From Hydrolagus colliei (taxonomy: Eukaryota), in the NCBI GenBank assembly GCA_035084275.1, contig CM068749.1:14632001-14696000 (forward strand): a DNA stretch of 64,000 bases, given 5' to 3'. A program made the position numbers and the translations under genes. Below the pieces are notes generated by a model, which worked only from the letters and a program-made list of their open reading frames with translations, ran no database searches and had not been told where the DNA came from. Positions 26,444 through 38,668 of this stretch are shown here, piece after piece (within the stretch, counting starts at the first letter, position 1; each line of letters opens with the position of its first letter).

Positions 26444-26699
26444 GTGAGTAGCTACTGATCCTTTGATTGTGTGTCAATCGTTAAGCATTCATCATTGTGT
26501 AAATCTTTGACACTGGTACAGTGCATAATAATGGGCTTGCCAGCGATAAATGGAAAAATTCACTGCACTTTTGTTTTGCAAATGTGGTTTGTGTCAGCCA
26601 CTACCCCCTAAAATCAGATTTACGTGTTGAAATTGTACTCCTTAATCCATATTATACCTTTAGTCCTTAATTTACTTGTAAATGGTTAATGATGTTAAT

Positions 26700-26778
26700 C
26701 CGGCACAGACTAGATGGGCCGAATGGCCTCCTTTTGTGCCATAAAATTCTATGAATCTAAACTTCTATGAATCTATGT
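26700..26778 (+). mobile_element. CR1 3' tail
   Basis: gatgggccgaatggcctcc...ttctatgaatcta repeats typical of CR1 3' ends. Confidence 0.75.
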
Positions 26779-26829
26779 AGCTCCTCTTTTTGTGTGGATC
26801 TGGGCTGTGAATATCGGAAAGTTGTATTG

Positions 26830-27070
26830 ACCAGGAGGGACATTACAGTTGAACCCAATCTTCACACGATGACTATACATGTACACTTTCCCGCAGAAAC
26901 AGCTGTACAGCAATCAAGAGCTTGAGCTCAGCTTAATTTTCCTCTCTGTAGTGCAGGTTTGCTGAGGTTACTTGCAATGCGCCTAATTGAGATCAATACA
27001 AACCAAGAACCCAGCCTGAGACTCAATATAGCTCTTCTATTTCGGGCAATAATAACTTTTCCACCTGACC
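26830..27070 (-). mobile_element. Highly degenerate tRNA-derived SINE of another family
   Basis: gggacattacagttgaacc...cactttcccgcag...gctgagg...tgagatca resembles an old shark SINE as I recall it; weak. Confidence 0.35.
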
Positions 27071-28299
27071 CAATTAGGGTGGGGGTAGAGAGGATGCAAA
27101 ATTAATTGTATTTATTGCAATATTTTATCCTGTGCTTTACAACTATTGTATGAACAGAAGCAAACCAAGACCAATCTTAAATTTTTACTTATTGTTACAC
27201 ATTTATACTCTCTGAGCTCCCATAAACATTATTCTCATTTCACAGCTCGATGCACACAGTTGTGTTCCTCAATTTCCAATCATAGAAATTGAAGCTCCAA
27301 TTTTCCAGCCACTTTAAAAATCAAAAGGAAACAATGACTCGAAAGCATTGATTGTCCACTTGTAATATTCATTTCTGAATTTTGTAATTGCGACAAGTTT
27401 CATGGTTTATCGTGCTGAAAAGGAGACACTTCCTATGACAATTGGGCATTTGTGTAGTGCACTTAGGTTTTTTAAGATGAGAAATGTTTAATTGCACTTA
27501 TAGAGTTGTAGCAAAAGAGAATTAGCTGCCAAACATTTAACTGCTCTGTATTTTAGCAAACTTGTGCCTCTTCAATTGGATATTACTGCGAATTGATACC
27601 AAAATTGTTGTTCTAACTCAAATTGCCTCCTTCATGTTGATAGATGACTGATCTGTTCCTTAATTTCAGTAAATTATTCGTAAGAGAAATCAGCAGGGTT
27701 AAATTGCAAATGTACTTTCAAACTAAATTAACAGATTTTTTGTATACAATGAGGCACTTTTATTCTAGTTTAAGCCTAGAGCTGGTCTTATTTTCTACAG
27801 TGGAATGTAGAAAATAAGTGGAATGTAGAAAATAAGACTAACCAATTTGTACAGGTATTATGAATAATAGTTGCAATACATGAGGAAAAAAACAACTCTT
27901 TGAATATCTGAAATGAATAATATGTAGAGGGATTATAATCTTTTAATAGTGTTAGTCTAAAAGATGCCTTTTGCCTTAACTGTGAATATATTAACAGTTC
28001 TCACTGTCGTGAGATTCATAAGAGTGAATTTCTAATTCTATCAATGTATCATGGGTTATTCCTGTGCCAAATAATTTGTCACTTAATTTCTAATGACGTT
28101 TCCAGGTCCTAAATCCATCACTCACCAATGAGTGTACTGAATGATGAACAAACATCAAGATTGCATCAAGATAATGTATTATTGGTTGAACTTGTTTTGA
28201 AATAAAACAACAATTTAAATTGGATGCTGCTACTAGTTAATTCATCAGTGTACTGTCACCACTATATATTTTAAAACTACTTTTTGTCTTCCACAATAG

Positions 28300-28368
28300 G
28301 CTCGAATTTCTCCTTGGCCAAAAGAATCACCAGGATCATGGTTCAGTGAATTCAAGCGGGGTAAACTG
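28300..28368 (+). CDS. COL11A1: C-propeptide exon (~65), [23 protein letters not shown]
   Basis: 69 nt, tag/gtaaga; [16 protein letters not shown] is typical of alpha1(XI)/alpha1(V). Confidence 0.94.
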
Positions 28369-28479
28369 GTAAGATTACTCTTCTGGCCTTTAAATTTTTA
28401 CTAGGACGTCCTCCCAATGTGAAAGGCACTTTACAAATGTAATTGTGTTGTTATTTTTGTAATTTTTCCAATTATGAAA

Positions 28480-28722
28480 GGAGGGTAAGCAGTGAGATTA
28501 TTTCCGCTAGTTGCTAAGTCGATAACAAGGGGGCACAAGCTTAAAATTCATTCTTGAATTAAACAGTAGAAACACATACCATGTTAAATAAGTCAATAGA
28601 TAAATATTTAAGGAATAAATATATATAAAAGGGTAATTGAGGAAAGAGCAGGAGCATGGGATATGGGAAACTAACTGGATGGGCCAAGCAACCTATTTCT
28701 GAAACCCTTACTATGATTCTAT
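28480..28722 (+). mobile_element. CR1-like 3' fragment, internally deleted
   Basis: acaagggggcacaagcttaaaatt (TRGHKLK) and tail ggatgggccaag...ctatgattctat. Confidence 0.65.
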
Positions 28723-30128
28723 TAAACAGTTACCGCACTAATGAGAGGCTAAACTTCTTAAGTCCTTCCAAAAACACACGCCCATATTGTAAATATAACT
28801 AGTGAACCTGCATTTTGATAACAAGCCTACTTTGTGTGGTTAATGGCCTTTTTGAGGGATCCTACTCCTGCCTGAATTGAGTGCAGGGAATCAGTCAAAA
28901 CAATAAATAGCACAAACATTTATGACTTATATCACTCTGAAAATGAACTTGGAATATGTTATTCCTTTCTAGGTGAACAACATATTTGTTCATGTGTGAA
29001 ACAAGCTGGTTTGAGCACCTTGGAAATGAAAAAGCTGAATATTTTCTGGTGCAATGCAGATAAAGTTATTTCACTGACCTTTAAAGAAATACAGTTGCTT
29101 ATAATCCTTAGTTTCTATAGGTCAAACACCTTATACTCATAAGATAAATTATAACATTTAGAATTCCTGCAGACACTGGATCATCAATTATCGAATGGTA
29201 CATTCTGCTATTTCAACCAGCCTAAAACACTGCAGTATGATTGCAGTTATCAGCTCAAATCCAACAACAACACCCAAATTACATTTGTATAGTGCCCTTT
29301 ACATCAGGAGGACATCCCAGTGCACGGGACAGACAATATTTTGGTTGGTGCATGCAGCAATCAGTGTGAAGAAGAGTATAATGGGTAGCTAGAAAAACAA
29401 CTTCAGACTATATTGCTCCTAGCAGTATATCACTAGTAAATCAACGCAGAAACTGAAGTATAACCAAGTCACTAATATGTTTTATTGAGTAAAGACCTGT
29501 AGCCAATTATACAATCACGGTTGGACAGACTTAGCATAGAAATGAGATAAGCTTAAAAATAAATGTCTAGGTGATGTGGCAAGGTAACAGTTTGTATGAA
29601 GAAAGAAAAATTGGTTGGGGGTTGTAAGTCTGCAGGAAGAAGAAAGAATGGATGGGATGACGCATTAGAAACATATTTGGAAGAACCTTGACAGTGGTAC
29701 CAATAAAATAGAGAGCCTGTAGTAAAGTAAGAAGATAGAAGCCACAAGAGGGAGAAGGATAACCCAACAAACAACTTAATTTCCTTTATCTTGCTTGATT
29801 TAATATGTGTACATTGAATTAGGCAACTGTTTGTTGCTGATACTTTCAGCAAAATCAGTCAGGAAAAAAAATTGATTCCAGTGAGCTGAGCCTTTCAGTT
29901 CATGAGTCTGTTATAACTATCTTTTATGGTTAAAAATCACAAGAAGCTCTACATAGTAGAATTTAACGGTAAATACTTAATTAACACTTTAAATGCTACA
30001 AGTTAGTGCCTAAATGTGTATTGCCCTGATCCCTTTCCTGCATAACTTAAGCAGTGCATGTCAGGCATTGGAGAATTATTCATTTTTCTTATTCATACTT
30101 GTCTAAACTGTCTGCAATTCTCTTCCAG

Positions 30129-30362
30129 CTCTCATATGTGGATTCTACAGGCCAACCAATTAACTTAGTGCAAATGACATTCCTGAAACTACTGAGTGCC
30201 TCTGCCAGACAGAATTTCACTTACAACTGTCAGAAATCAGTAGCTTGGCATGATGTGTCATCTGACAGCTATGACAAAGCATTGAGGTTCCTGGGATCAA
30301 ATGATGAAGAGATGTCACACGACAATAATCCTTACATCAAAGCCATCTACGATGGTTGTGCA
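30129..30362 (+). CDS. COL11A1: C-propeptide exon (~66), [34 protein letters not shown]...IKAIYDGCA
   Basis: 234 nt, cag/gtaagt; within ORF 30054..30419. Confidence 0.95.
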
Positions 30363-31122
30363 GTAAGTGTTACTTTGACATGCATTTATTTCTTCTACTC
30401 TCTTACCATCCTCCAGTGAGATGTAACCACGCTGATCTGCAGATTCAATTGCCTTTCACAACTTGGTTTGATAAGAGTGGCAGAAGCAATGCAACACCTT
30501 CAATTTATGCTGAAGCTTTTAACAAGGCCTATGTACTGTGCGTTAGAAATACCATATTTGGTTTCCCTCAATGCTCCACCATTTGATATGGTGTTCTCAT
30601 GAGCCACACATATTTTAGATCATTTACAAAATTCATTTCACCTTGCACGCCCAGGTTAATCAACTTTCTGTAAATTAACAATGTCATTCTGTGCAGGTTG
30701 TACATGAATGACATCCAAACTTCTATAAACATGTGCTAGTTTCACAGTTAGAAGTAAAATAATTTGGTGGAAATAAACAGTGGTGACAAGCCAAAATTCT
30801 GAATCGAGGGATGACATCTACTGGTTTCAGTTCACTAATTACTTTATTAATCAGTTCACTAATTAATTTTTCAAAGATCTGTTTCACCTGAGAGCTACAC
30901 AGTATTAAGCAATACATTGTATCTAAGCAAATATTACAAAAATCAATGCCAAATATTACAAGGCAAATTATGAGAGTAATAAAGTGACAGTTATTGCTCA
31001 AACTGATTGTAGTGAGTATCACTTACATACACTTCTCATTTCAGGGTGTCAGAACGGGTTGCTGTAGAAATTATTTCCATAAATATCAAGTTTGTAATCT
31101 CTTTACCTTTTTCCATTTACAG

Positions 31123-31269
31123 CTGAGAAAAGGCTATGAAAAGACTGTAATTGAGATCAACACCCCAAAAATTGACCAAGTGCCAATCATAGACTTTCTG
31201 GTGAATGACTTTGGTGATTCGAACCAGAAGTTTGGATTTGAAGTTGGTCCTGTATGTTTCCTTGGCTAA
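31123..31269 (+). CDS. COL11A1: Terminal coding exon (~67), [48 protein letters not shown]
   Basis: cag acceptor, TAA at 31267-31269; [19 protein letters not shown] and GPVCFLG fit alpha1(XI) better than alpha1(V) as I recall those sequences. Confidence 0.93.
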   Translation: MRKGYEKTVIEINTPKIDQVPIIDFLVNDFGDSNQKFGFEVGPVCFLG

Positions 31270-31597
31270 ACTCAGGACATGGGGCAGATCAACAAGCAAG
31301 CTGCAACTTGGTGCCACCAACCCACTCCATGCCACATGCAAGTTTTGAATATGGATGGTGTAGAAAATATCTCTCGCCATGTATGTATTATTATCTAGAA
31401 CATACGTGTTGCCCTTGTAGGGCCAGAATCACATGACGTAAACCTATTATGGCAAACGTCGAAGGACATATGATGCCATGGCGGAGAATAGTACACAGAC
31501 AACAACATAGGCTTTGCTGTGAAGTGTCGCCTTCTCTTCAGATGCCTCCGGTGCTGAACAACTGACTGTCATGATGCTCTTTCACATGCATTACAGA

Positions 31598-31604
31598 GGT
31601 GCTA
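31598..31604 (+). promoter_or_regulatory. miR-29 7mer-A1 site GGTGCTA
   Basis: Seed match in the 3'UTR; a 6mer GGTGCT also lies at 31550-31555. Confidence 0.5.
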
Positions 31605-31820
31605 AGAAGGTGTATTTTAATTAACTGTAATTATAATTGTAAAATACTGTAATTTCTGTATCCACTTTCAAAACTTGCATGTGTCTCTCTACTTCACAAC
31701 ACTTGGCTATCTTTAGTGCCATTTTCAAAATAACCTCTTTTTTAATTGAAAAACTGTGTAACGATAAAAAGTAAAATGTTAGCCTCCAGTAAATGAAATT
31801 CATTCTTTTTCCCTGATTGC

Positions 31821-31826
31821 AATAAA
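31821..31826 (+). terminator. Candidate proximal polyadenylation signal AATAAA
   Basis: Canonical hexamer ~550 nt after the stop. Confidence 0.35.
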
Positions 31827-32031
31827 TTCCATTGTGTATATCGGCCATGAAGAGCTCTGTCTTTACTTACAGTCGCCTTCAAGACCAGAAATGATAACAC
31901 TAGAAGATCGTTAACAACACATCAGTCAAATCAACATTACTGTGCTGATGTTGCTATGTATTTGCTATGGTACATTTCTGAATGAGAAAGGAATCAATCC
32001 CTTATGGAACAAGTGCAAAAAATCTATTTGT

Positions 32032-32039
32032 TGGTGCTA
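32032..32039 (+). promoter_or_regulatory. miR-29 8mer target site TGGTGCTA
   Basis: Exact complement of the miR-29 seed plus A1; miR-29 is an established repressor of collagen mRNAs. Confidence 0.65.
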
Positions 32040-32923
32040 TATTTATAAGTTTCTAGCAGAACTGCTAGACCCGTGAATGCTTAAGGTTACCCTGTATCTA
32101 TCTATGACGTTCGTATTCTGTGCAATGGGGGTAAAGGCATTTCTCAAATCTAGATCTTGCCAGTTACAGACAGACCTCTTTGCTTACGCTTTTTTTCCAT
32201 TTCATGAAAAACAAATGCACTTCAAGTTTTTGACCGAGAAATTTAGTACAACCTAAATCAGCTGTATTTTGTTTTCTATGCCCAAACTTAGCTTTACGAT
32301 TTGACTTGAATTGAGGTAACATTTAGATACCTTTATGTCAGTGCGTTGATATTATGGCTTCTTTCAGCAAACAACAATTTAGTGCCGGTAGAATTCTCCC
32401 TTCCTAACAAGCAAACATTTCTTAACCCAATGTAGACTAAAGACCATGCACTCCATAATATGTTTAGGTCATGTGATTCTAACTTGTTGCTAAGCAACAT
32501 GTTACGCGACTGCTACTTACGGAGCTTACTTTCTTGGACCCCAAACTTTTCAAATCTTATTAAAATATTGTTTAAATTAAAATCCGTTTGGTATTCTTCC
32601 CGTTGAGTACTCTGCATTAGTTGTCTGGGAATAGGGAACAATTTTTAAAAAAATACTTTCAGAAAGATAGATCTTTTGTAATTATTTTTCATAATATATG
32701 TAAGACTTGAAAATACATGTTTGGTAACTTGCTCAGTGAGTTTTTAAATTAATTGGTATCAGACCCTACAGGCCCGTTTTTAATGAAGTCTTGTGTTTCT
32801 CCATGTGACATAAAAACTTGTAAATTGAGATTCAAATGAACGTATTATGGTTATGCATTTCTTTATTTTCAGACCAAAGTTTGTAACTGTCGACCTCAAA
32901 AAAACAATATTAAAAAAAATATC

Positions 32924-32929
32924 AATAAA
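32924..32929 (+). terminator. Candidate polyadenylation signal AATAAA
   Basis: Canonical hexamer followed by GT/T-rich sequence (gggttggttctgctgtttcttttgtg). Confidence 0.5.
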
Positions 32930-33304
32930 AGTCAAGTCTTGTCTACCTGGGTTGGTTCTGCTGTTTCTTTTGTGCAGAGAGAGTGGTGGGCCAGGAATTC
33001 TGTATTGCTTCGGATGTCTTCAAGGTTTCTCAGCTCCTGCTCGACTAAAGAGTTTAACAAGTAAAGATCAATTAAACAGATGGATGTGGTGTGCAGTTTT
33101 GTAGATTTGTAATGTGATAGGAAATTAGGAACAGTACAGGCACTCAATGAGTCTTAGCAAATCACAATATCGACTTCAATTTTGCTTTGTATAAATTGAT
33201 TGTAGAGTTATCTGAGATACAAAAACTGCAAGATTTAACAGTTTAAAAAAAATGTAATGACTTCACCTGTATTAAATGGCTCTCTGTATTAAAGTTTATA
33301 TAAA

Positions 33305-33310
33305 AATAAA
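33305..33310 (+). terminator. Candidate distal polyadenylation signal AATAAA
   Basis: Canonical hexamer preceded by TGTA elements and ATTAAA; repeats resume just downstream. Confidence 0.55.
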
Positions 33311-33444
33311 ATTATTTACAATGCTTTCACTTGGGTTCTAAGCTTCAACACTTTTTCTGATCACTTCAGAACAGTTCGGATATATGTCTGCAAGATATGG
33401 GTGACTTGATTTTTTTTAAACTGCTGTTATGGTATGGAATAACA

Positions 33445-33550
33445 CTTGCCCACAAATATACAGTCTATTCACTTTACAGTATATTCTGTGAAGCACTTTG
33501 AGACGTCCAGAAGACACGAAAAGCGCTATATCAAATGCAAGGATTATTAT
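33445..33550 (+). mobile_element. SINE 3' fragment
   Basis: cccacaaatatacagtc...aaagcgctatatcaaatgcaaggattattatt. Confidence 0.85.
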
Positions 33551-35750
33551 TGACATTAATCTTTAAACATAAGTGGAAATGTACAGACACTCCAGTGCTG
33601 AATTCATGAAATATCTAGTGGTAATGTCGTTGCAAAATATTACAATTAGCATGATGATGATTCTTCCCAGAATATGCTTCCAGTGGGGAATACTTTGCCT
33701 GGAGTATAGGCCTTAACAATGGTCATTTTCCACTTGTGAGAACATCAACAAGCGCAGAAGTATTCGCTTTTAGTGTGACAAATAGCCGCTTACGGAATGA
33801 CAAGCAAATGCATATATTTATTGCCTTTTGTGTTACAGTGAAACATAGTCTTAGTTTTGCTGCTACTATTAATATTCAATTCTGGAGAAAAATGTAATGA
33901 CTAAAAAGAACATATATCAATCAAATCATGCTGGAATGGGACGCCGTGCTTACATATCCATTATTTCCTTTTTTCCTAGGGTGTGACACAAACACAAAAT
34001 ATTTGTATGCACTCCTTCCAAAGTGGTAGGTTACCAATTTCCCTGTCAGAAATGTAGTTCTGTGTGCCTGGGATTAGTCGTCTATGGTTGTTGCACTTTA
34101 AATATTATCCAACGATGATTCCTGTTTTCAGAAGTGTTAGCTAATTACGTATGAAATTTATACCAGTAATAACTGAGAAATTAATTTTGTGCGTAATCTG
34201 TTGCTTTTGACCATTATTTCAATACTGAATAATCCATCATTCTACTCATCACAACTCACTTTCAGATTCTTCAGTCTGTTGCAGTGTTACTAAACAACAT
34301 GTCATGTCACAGAATTTACCAGTTGTGCACAGCATCATCAATGTATGTTTCTGACACAGCAAACTGGTTATGCTGAACTGGTTAAAATGCCCATTGACGT
34401 GGAAACAACAAAATTATATTTGTATAGTACCTTTCACATCTGAAAAGGCAACATATAACAATGCAATTGTTTTTATTTCTATCGTGCTACAACGATCAGG
34501 ACAAGCTTGAAATAATCATACAACAAAATTTAAAACAAGGAAAGTGTGACCTATATTGTGCGTTTACAATGGAATTTTGCCATTAAAAAATATTAGGGCC
34601 ATGGAATTCTTAAAGCAGACTTTAAATGAGGGACAAATTTACGTGCATTTTCTTTTAGCTTCTCCAAATCTAATCCTTGTGTTCAATCATATTCAGTCTG
34701 TCGTATGCCTCAGACAGGTTTTGCTGTAATTCTCTGCCAGAGGCATCAAGATCATACTTTCACAGTATATTCTATAATTAACATGCGTTGACTATCTTGC
34801 TCATTCATTAAGCAAGAATAAATAATTCAGATTGACTGACAGAAAATACTTAAGACAGGAAACTGGAATAAACAGAAAAATAGCTCCTCACCATGCAGTA
34901 AGGAACCAAACACCCATTATAAGTAAATAATAATCCATCCATTTGATGTAGCACCTTTCACATCAGGGGGATCTCTCAAAGTGTTTCACGGGATTTTACT
35001 GTAAAGTGTAGTGACTTGTGAATTTTAGCAGGCAAATGTGTACAATGAAAACCAACAGAGGCTTCTAATTCAAACGTCAATCTGCAGGTTTTTTCTGACC
35101 TACTTGAATATTAATCATACACATTCCTCTTATCACACGACTATGTAAGGCTATCTAAATGGAATCCATACAATACAAAACTACATCTGTAAAGAGCCTT
35201 TCATGTCAGGAGAACTGCCAAGACACTGAGGTGCCAGGGATGAAATGGGGGTGGGGGGAGGGTTGGATCAAGGAGGGTGCAGAACAGGGAGGAAAGAAAA
35301 TTAACACTTTTGGTAGCAAATTTGGCAAATCAGGATTTTGCAGGAGCGACAATCTGACTGCCAAATGTTTAGCCTCTTCCTTGCAATAAATGGTCACAAT
35401 TACTGCTTGAGGAGCAATAATACAAGTCAAGTAATGGCATAGATTACCACTGACAAATTATATTAATATAGCATCAATAACAAGTTCGTACTTTAATAAA
35501 TGATTAGATTATCTCTATGAAAGCTCAAGTTGTAACTAAATAGTTCAAAAGCAGCTATTTTCAGATCACTAAATTATTAATATATTATGAACTGACTGAA
35601 GAATAAAACATTAAAAAGTTATTTTCATTTTTTTGTGTGAAATAAGCACTTCAAATACATCCTAGTAAGTGATGTATACGTCATAATAAACAAACCTTCT
35701 ACTTTACTAAACTTTTATTTAAGTCATTTAGTCATTTATCTACTTCAGCG

Positions 35751-35811
35751 ATATATATGTATATATATATCAATATATATATAAATATATAGATATATAT
35801 ATACACACACA
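35751..35811. repeat. Interrupted (TA)n/(CA)n microsatellite
   Basis: Directly visible. Confidence 0.85.
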
Positions 35812-36977
35812 GTATGCCTCAGATAGTGCAGTATAGAACTGTTCTCTGACACTTAATTGGTATACGTTTCTTTTTATATAGCTTTGGAGCTTACTTTCAA
35901 CTATTATTCACCTAATCCCCCTGAATGCAGTGGAAGGGAATGCACTGCACTCCCAAGTTCTGTTTGCAGATTTGCATGGAGTAGTTAATGAGGTTTTCTC
36001 TTATTACTGCTCCTGAGACTCTGACAAGATCAGTGCATAACTGACTGGTACCTCATTGGTATGTATGAAATACTTTCTGAATGGAGAAAACCTATACAAT
36101 TTTTAAGCTACAGTAACAATTTGTTACATTTCCATGTCTTGGTATGAAGAATACCTAAGGGAGAACAAAAGGAGACAGTAATGGTGCATAATCAGATGTA
36201 ATAAATTGAGTCAAGCAGGTTGGGGTCCAATTAGTTCCTATCTAATATTTCTCAATACTTGGCACAGTGAAGCTAAAGGGCATGAACTGTTTATAAAACA
36301 GACAAGTCTATAAGCTGTTAAAGCTAATGTATTGGTTCCATATCAAAACCTTAAGTGAATTTTTCATGAAAGATGACCCATGATTGCTGTGATCCTGGTT
36401 TTTTAATTTATAAATTTTATATTTCAAGATTGATGGCGGAAAAAAATTCTAAATCATCAAAAATGAGATGGGGCATGGGGTCCAAAAGTTTGCTGACATC
36501 ACATTAGAATGATATCAAACCTTCCCAAAATAACTTAGGGAGATCAGGAAGAGATCAATGCAGGTGAAGGTCAAGGCCAAGTATGCCGTGTGCAGACATT
36601 ATACTAACAGATGCCTTGAATGCCATGAATAAACATTATACTATCAGAGTTTACCATTTTTTTGGAACAGCAAACAGTACAAGCTATTTTACAAAGCCAA
36701 ATCTTTCAAACCAAAGAAAATGTAATTCACTGACAGTTTCCCTCTCAGGGAAATTTGCACATTTGGCTTGATATATTTTCTGCAGGTTCATCCCAGTTCA
36801 TAATGAATATAGCCCCACAAAATTGCAAAGTGGGATCACAATCTAGAATTAAACTCACAAGAATGTCAAAATGCTCATATTTTGCAGCGGGAGGGATTCC
36901 CCTGAGCTGCGCTCAAAAACACAGTTGTGGTAAAATAAAACAGACTTCAGTCGACAACAGGTGACCTTTGAGAGTCT

Positions 36978-37240
36978 GATAACAACAACACAGCAACAAA
37001 ATTACACTTATAGAGCGCCTTTCACGTCAGGAGGACGTCCCAAGGCACTGAACAGTCAGGTCGGGACCCGAGCAAGGTAGAGGAACAGGGTAGGGGGGAG
37101 GGGTGGGAGAGAGTTAGGTGGGCAGCAGAAGGTACGGTTAAAGAGGAAGGTCTTGAGACCGACCTTAAAGGAGGCAAGGGAGGGAGCGAGGCAAAGGGAG
37201 GGTGAGATGGAGTTCCAGAGTGTGGGGGCAGAGATAACAC
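36978..37240 (-). mobile_element. L2-clade LINE 3' fragment
   Basis: SAPTLWNSI...FKVGLKTFLF in ORF 37056..37334, tail tgacgtgaaaggcgctctat...(ttg)n. Confidence 0.85.
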
Positions 37241-37984
37241 TAAGTAACAAAAGCAGGAACATGTTCCATTCCCCAACTGTGCCAACCTTTGCTTTGACAC
37301 ATGTAATATCTCTGTACACACACATTAAGGGCATTGAAGTACAAAAAATGAATTATTTTACATTCATTTCTGCTACATTGGATCATAGAAGGCCAATACA
37401 TGGCAATCGGAATTTGGGCAAGTCTTTATTCTTGAAGAATCAAATATCAGCCATGTCTCGATTGATTTATGCCTTGAAATATTATAGGTACTCAATAAAA
37501 GAACAGAAAGTGAGATCTATTTAAAAGGAGAACAATACTGTCATCAAAGTTTTAAGGAACTCCTTTTCTTCATCGCTAGAGGGAAGTAAAAAAGTAAAAC
37601 AATATAAACAGTAGTGTTCTGAATTGTACTTCTCAAGTTAACTAAAAAAAACATTTTGTGCAATTTAAATGATTTAAGAATCATGTTGGGTGGATTCTTC
37701 ACACTCAAATTGGCAAGAAATGATCCTTTAATGTATATTTTTACTCATCTGTTGCACATTTCTGTAGCATTAGTGTTAGAGACAAGCAAGTAGATGCTGC
37801 CTGTATCTGAGTTACAACATAATTTGGTTTCATTGTATTAAAATAAAATAAATTGTAAAAGGGTAGCCAATAATCGGGAATTATATTCAAGTTCTATTTG
37901 AGTCCAAGGGAAGAATCATTCCAGTTTTCCTGTTGATGTGTTGGTGTTTGTGAGGAAGACATCCAGCTTTCTATTGTAGACATC

Positions 37985-38668
37985 AGGAACCTAGGTGTCT
38001 TGTTCGATCCTCAACTTTCCCCCACATCCAAGCCATGACCCACTCTGCCATCCCTCATCTCCGCAAAATTGCCCATCTCTGCCACTACCTTACCCCTCAG
38101 GCTGCTGAAACTCTCATTCATGCCTTCATCACGTTCAGGCTCGATTATACCAATGACTTGCTCGTCGGCCTCCTCAATTCTTCCCTCTATCTCCTGCACC
38201 AAACTCTGCAACCCTATCAACCCTATTCTCACCCGACTCAACCGGCTTCCCATCACTCAGAGCATTAAATTCAAGATCCTGGTCCTCACCTTTAAAGCTC
38301 ACCATGGCCTTGCCCCACCCTAACTCCTAGCCCCCTCCCACAATGTCTGTTCAGCGGGCTCCAGCCAGCTTCATGTCCCTCACCCCACCATCGGTGGGAG
38401 AGCCTTCACCAAATCTGCTCCCAACCTTTGAAATTCCATCTGCTCCCAACCTTTGAAATTCCATCCTACAATGCCTCCATCTTGCCCCCTCCCTAGGTTC
38501 CTTCAAGTCCTGCCTCAAGACCCTTTTTGCTTCAACCGTGTCATCGGTCAACCTCCCTTCCCTCCATCCTCCCCGATCCTGACCTCAGCTTGGGTCTGAA
38601 GCACTGTCCAGCACCTTGGGACATTCTCCCGATATGAAAAGAGCTATAACAAATGTAATTTGTTGTTA
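37985..38668 (+). mobile_element. L2-clade LINE 3' fragment (ORF2 C-terminus and tail), with an internal 25-bp tandem duplication at 38413-38462
   Basis: LRKIAHL...AAETLIHAFITFRLDY, LPITQSIKFKILVLTFKAHHGLAPP; tail gaaaagagctataacaaatgtaatttgttgtt. Confidence 0.9.

Larger units (their letters stand above)
31270..33330 (+). other. COL11A1: Probable COL11A1 3'UTR (end approximate)
   Basis: Follows the stop codon; no recognisable interspersed repeats until ~33445; AT-rich with AATAAA hexamers. Confidence 0.65.

Noticed and set aside
27399-27430. SWFIVLKRRH, superficially like [10 protein letters not shown]
   Set aside because: In-frame TAA just upstream and no splice sites; chance match.
29680-29719. 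Weak resemblance (EEP*QWYQ*NRE) to the mutually exclusive alternative 69-nt C-propeptide exon known from COL5A1 (64B)
   Set aside because: Two in-frame stops, a deletion needed to align, no pyrimidine tract or correctly placed donor, and it sits in purine-rich sequence that looks more like a decayed LINE end. I found no intact duplicate of the 69-nt exon in either flanking intron.
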